This document shows, piece by piece, positions 61,109-64,000 of a DNA stretch of 64,000 nucleotides. The stretch's first letter is position 1, and every line of letters starts with the position of its first letter. A model generated the notes under the pieces. It was not told the origin of the DNA, did no database searches, and was given only the letters and a program-made list of their open reading frames with translations. This stretch comes from Promethearchaeota archaeon (lineage in GTDB: Archaea > Asgardarchaeota > Lokiarchaeia > Sigyniarchaeales > SOKP01): contig JBHLNF010000007.1 of assembly GCA_048937405.1 (NCBI GenBank), forward strand, positions 121,336 to 185,335, read 5' to 3'. The position numbers were made by a program, and so were the translations under genes.

Positions 61109-62197
61109 TCATGTATAAGCAAAATGTATTAAACTTATTTGCCTAACTTTTTGTTTTTTTTCTAAATTTGATAATTTTATGCCTACTAATCGTACTTTTT
61201 TTTTTTCATTTGAAAATTCTTTAAATAATTCTAATATAATCTTTAAAACATATGTTTCATCTTGAATGTGGTAAGGTAGTGTTCTAGAACGAGTATACGT
61301 TATAAAACCTTCAAATCTAATTTTTAAGGTAATAGTTTTATATGTAACATGGTGTTTCAGAATTGATTTATGAATTCTTGTATTAATATCTTCAAACTTA
61401 GATAAAATTTCATTAAAGTCATTAGTATCTAAGAAAAATGTTCTTTCTGCACTGATAGATTTCCTTTCTTCATGAATTTCTTTAACTTTGCGATTGTCCA
61501 AACCATTTGCGACATTCCAGATCCATTCTCCATGTTTACCAAATAATTTTATCATCGTAGGTAAAGGTGTATTTATAATATCCCCGATTTTTCTTATTCC
61601 TTTTTTATAATAATAAACTTTAGTTTTTTTACCAATACCAGGAATGCGAGTAATATCCTTTTCTTTTAAAAACTCAAATACTTCCTCGGGTTTTACAATT
61701 GTAATCCCATTTGGTTTTTTTTCATCAGAAGCAATTTTAGCTAAAGATTTCGTTGGAGCAATGCCAATTGAAATTGTAATGCCAATTTTATTAAAAACTT
61801 CTTTTTGTATGTTATTTGCAATTTCATAAGCCTTTTCAAAATTATGAGTAATCTCTGTCAATTCTAAATATGCTTCATCTGCTCCAACTTTTTGAAAATT
61901 AACACTATATTTCTCTAATAGTTCCATTACTTCATTAGATACTTTGTGATATTTATTACCATTGGGTTTTAAGTATATGCCATGAGGACATTTTCTGTAT
62001 GCTAAGGATATAGGCATAGCAGAATGTAAACCAAACTTTCTAGCTTCATAATTACAGGTTGCAATAACACCTCTTCCTTTACCTTCTTTTGGATCTGCTC
62101 CTATTATAACAGGTTTCTCTTTCAACTGTGGATTATCTCTCATTTCCACTGCTGCAAAAAAGCAATCAAGATCGCAGTGTAAAATAATACGACTCAT
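61109..62197 (-). CDS. dinB: DNA polymerase IV (Y family)
   Basis: ILHCDLDCFFAAVE, CNYEARKFG, DEAYL, LAKIAS..KPNG, IPGIG. Confidence 0.96.
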   Translation of the reverse strand: MSRIILHCDLDCFFAAVEMRDNPQLKEKPVIIGADPKEGKGRGVIATCNYEARKFGLHSAMPISLAYRKCPHGIYLKPNGNKYHKVSNEVMELLEKYSVNFQKVGADEAYLELTEITHNFEKAYEIANNIQKEVFNKIGITISIGIAPTKSLAKIASDEKKPNGITIVKPEEVFEFLKEKDITRIPGIGKKTKVYYYKKGIRKIGDIINTPLPTMIKLFGKHGEWIWNVANGLDNRKVKEIHEERKSISAERTFFLDTNDFNEILSKFEDINTRIHKSILKHHVTYKTITLKIRFEGFITYTRSRTLPYHIQDETYVLKIILELFKEFSNEKKKVRLVGIKLSNLEKKQKVRQISLIHFAYT

Positions 62198-62434
62198 AAT
62201 TTAAGGACATGAAGATAAAAGAAATAATATTCAAAATCAAATATATTATTTCAATGAAGATTATGTAGTAAAAGAGTTATACTATATTAAAAAATGAAAG
62301 AGAATGTGGAATTATTGAATTTTTTTTCTCTTAGCTTTTAAGTATTTAACGCAAATTTTCTTAAATAGAAATATTTATTATTTATTTTTATAATTAAACT
62401 AATAAGAATTAAATTTAATCTTAAATGATAGAGT

Positions 62435-64000
62435 ATGTCTGATCTCGAACTTTTAGAGGAATATAAAGGTGCATTTACAGATTTAATAAAATCTGGAAAA
62501 AAATATACTTATTTAGTGGGGGCAGGTATTTCAATGGATCCCCCCTCAAGTATCCCATCTGCAAGAGAAATAGTGAGAGCTATGTTAGAATTATGTGCTC
62601 CTATGGAAGAAATTGATAATCTTTTATCATTGAGAACACTTCGTTATGAAATGATGATTGAAAAGATAAAAAATAACGTAGATAAAAATCTACATTTTTT
62701 AGATTATTTGGAACTAATTGACCGACCTAATTACATTCATTATTATTTAGCGAATGCTGTAGCAAAGAGGCAAGACTATGTTGTTACAACTAATTTTGAT
62801 TTTATGATTGAAAGAGCTCTTCAAAATATTATCACTCCTGAAAAACAGAAAGACATCCTTCCAGTTATCACTAGGGACGATTTTGATACTAAATATAGAC
62901 CACATGACCTTTATACAGAAGGAAAATTCCCAATCTACAAAATCCATGGTTCAAAGCGAGATATTATTACGGCAAAAGATACTAAGGATTCTTTAATCAC
63001 AACTATGGCCGCATTAGGTAAAGATAGAGAAGTGCAAGAGACCTTTGCTCTGGAAACTTATAAGAAACAGGCTGTTTATAATTTAATGAAAGATCAAACA
63101 CTTATCGTGATGGGATATTCGGGATCTGACGATTTTGATATTGGTCCGACGTTAAAAACTATAACTTATCTTGATGAATTAATTTGGATAGAACATAGTC
63201 AAGATGAAAAAATATTAAAAATTAATAAAAATCTCTCAGGAAAATCATTAGATTCATTCTCTCATTCAGAACAATTACTAATTGAGATTGCTACGAAAGC
63301 TGATTTCGATGTTTTTCTAATAAGAATTAATACAAGTAAGTTTGTAAAGGAAATTCTCTGGCAGAATTTATTAAGTGAAATTTCAATTCCATATTTCGAT
63401 AGTTTTAAAATAAAAGAAATTCCAGATTTTAAAGACTGGGTTCAGAAAGAGTTTAAAGACGTTAGCCTCTCAGAAGTAAAAAAATATATGATTTCTTGTA
63501 GTATCTATAATGAGTTAAGTCTAAGCAATGAATGCTATTCAAATGCAGAAAAAGGGTTAAATTTAGCTAAATTAGCAAAGGATAATGATTCACAGACCTT
63601 TTTCCTAAATTATCTTGGCTCTCGTAATCTTAAAAAGGGAAATCTTGAAAAAGCTGAGAACTACTTTAAAGAATCATTAAAGCTATCGGAAAAATTAGAG
63701 AATCCATTGAAAAAAGCTATTGCATTGTCTAATCTTGGACACTTAATAATGAAAAAAAATGAATTAAGACTAAATTTCAATTCTAAAGAAGCTCGTGAGA
63801 TAACCCTTGAAGCATTACAACTTTTTGATAAAGAAAAAGATAGTATAGGAAAACTGGCATGTCTTAATAACCTTGCTGAGATATATCTATGGGAAGGATC
63901 TTTTATAGAAGCTATGCAAGATCTAATGAATGCTCTTACATTGGTAATGGATATAGGAAACTTAGAGATTAAAGCAACAATTTCGAATAATGTTGGTTGG
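62435..64000 (+). CDS. SIR2-like (SIR2_2) domain + TPR protein, running off the window end
   Basis: Not in the ORF track; MSDLELL...LVGAGISM, VTTNFD, KIHGS, MGYSGSDDFDI, then TPR helices (LSNLG, LNNLA, SNNVG). Confidence 0.85.
   Translation, partial: MSDLELLEEYKGAFTDLIKSGKKYTYLVGAGISMDPPSSIPSAREIVRAMLELCAPMEEIDNLLSLRTLRYEMMIEKIKNNVDKNLHFLDYLELIDRPNYIHYYLANAVAKRQDYVVTTNFDFMIERALQNIITPEKQKDILPVITRDDFDTKYRPHDLYTEGKFPIYKIHGSKRDIITAKDTKDSLITTMAALGKDREVQETFALETYKKQAVYNLMKDQTLIVMGYSGSDDFDIGPTLKTITYLDELIWIEHSQDEKILKINKNLSGKSLDSFSHSEQLLIEIATKADFDVFLIRINTSKFVKEILWQNLLSEISIPYFDSFKIKEIPDFKDWVQKEFKDVSLSEVKKYMISCSIYNELSLSNECYSNAEKGLNLAKLAKDNDSQTFFLNYLGSRNLKKGNLEKAENYFKESLKLSEKLENPLKKAIALSNLGHLIMKKNELRLNFNSKEAREITLEALQLFDKEKDSIGKLACLNNLAEIYLWEGSFIEAMQDLMNALTLVMDIGNLEIKATISNNVGW

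Noticed and set aside
560-62996. Many short ORFs overlapping real genes on the opposite strand or another frame (e.g. 560..811, 8596..8796, 23991..24242, 41917..42384, 60470..60808, 62747..62947, 62808..62996)
   Set aside because: Shadows of well-supported genes, with no recognisable motifs

Overview
AT-rich archaeal chromosome segment, most consistent with an Asgard archaeon of the Lokiarchaeia type (archaeal information genes, a profilin-like gene, SIR2-TPR, RHH-HisKA-receiver proteins). It holds uL2, a TFB paralog, four intron-containing tRNA genes, the proteasome/exosome/KEOPS superoperon, a 2-oxoacid:ferredoxin oxidoreductase operon, CDC48, FEN1, Nob1, aIF5A, SRP54, DinB and several accessory metabolic genes. 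The main finding is that the PPi-type phosphofructokinase gene really starts at 27641. It is split inside the Asp codon of its GGGDCPG motif by a 31-nt insert (27681-27711) that folds into a canonical bulge-helix-bulge, and the predicted endonuclease cuts restore the frame exactly. This is a tRNA-type intron in an mRNA, directly downstream of a free-standing LAGLIDADG gene. All five non-canonically placed tRNA introns in the window are exactly 30 nt, including three in one tRNA-Val. Two integrase-less cargo blocks are bracketed by duplicated 3' ends of protein genes (dinB and an acyl-CoA dehydrogenase). There is also an IS200/IS605-type MITE and an ArsR operator set. All calls come from reading the sequence; no database searches were run.
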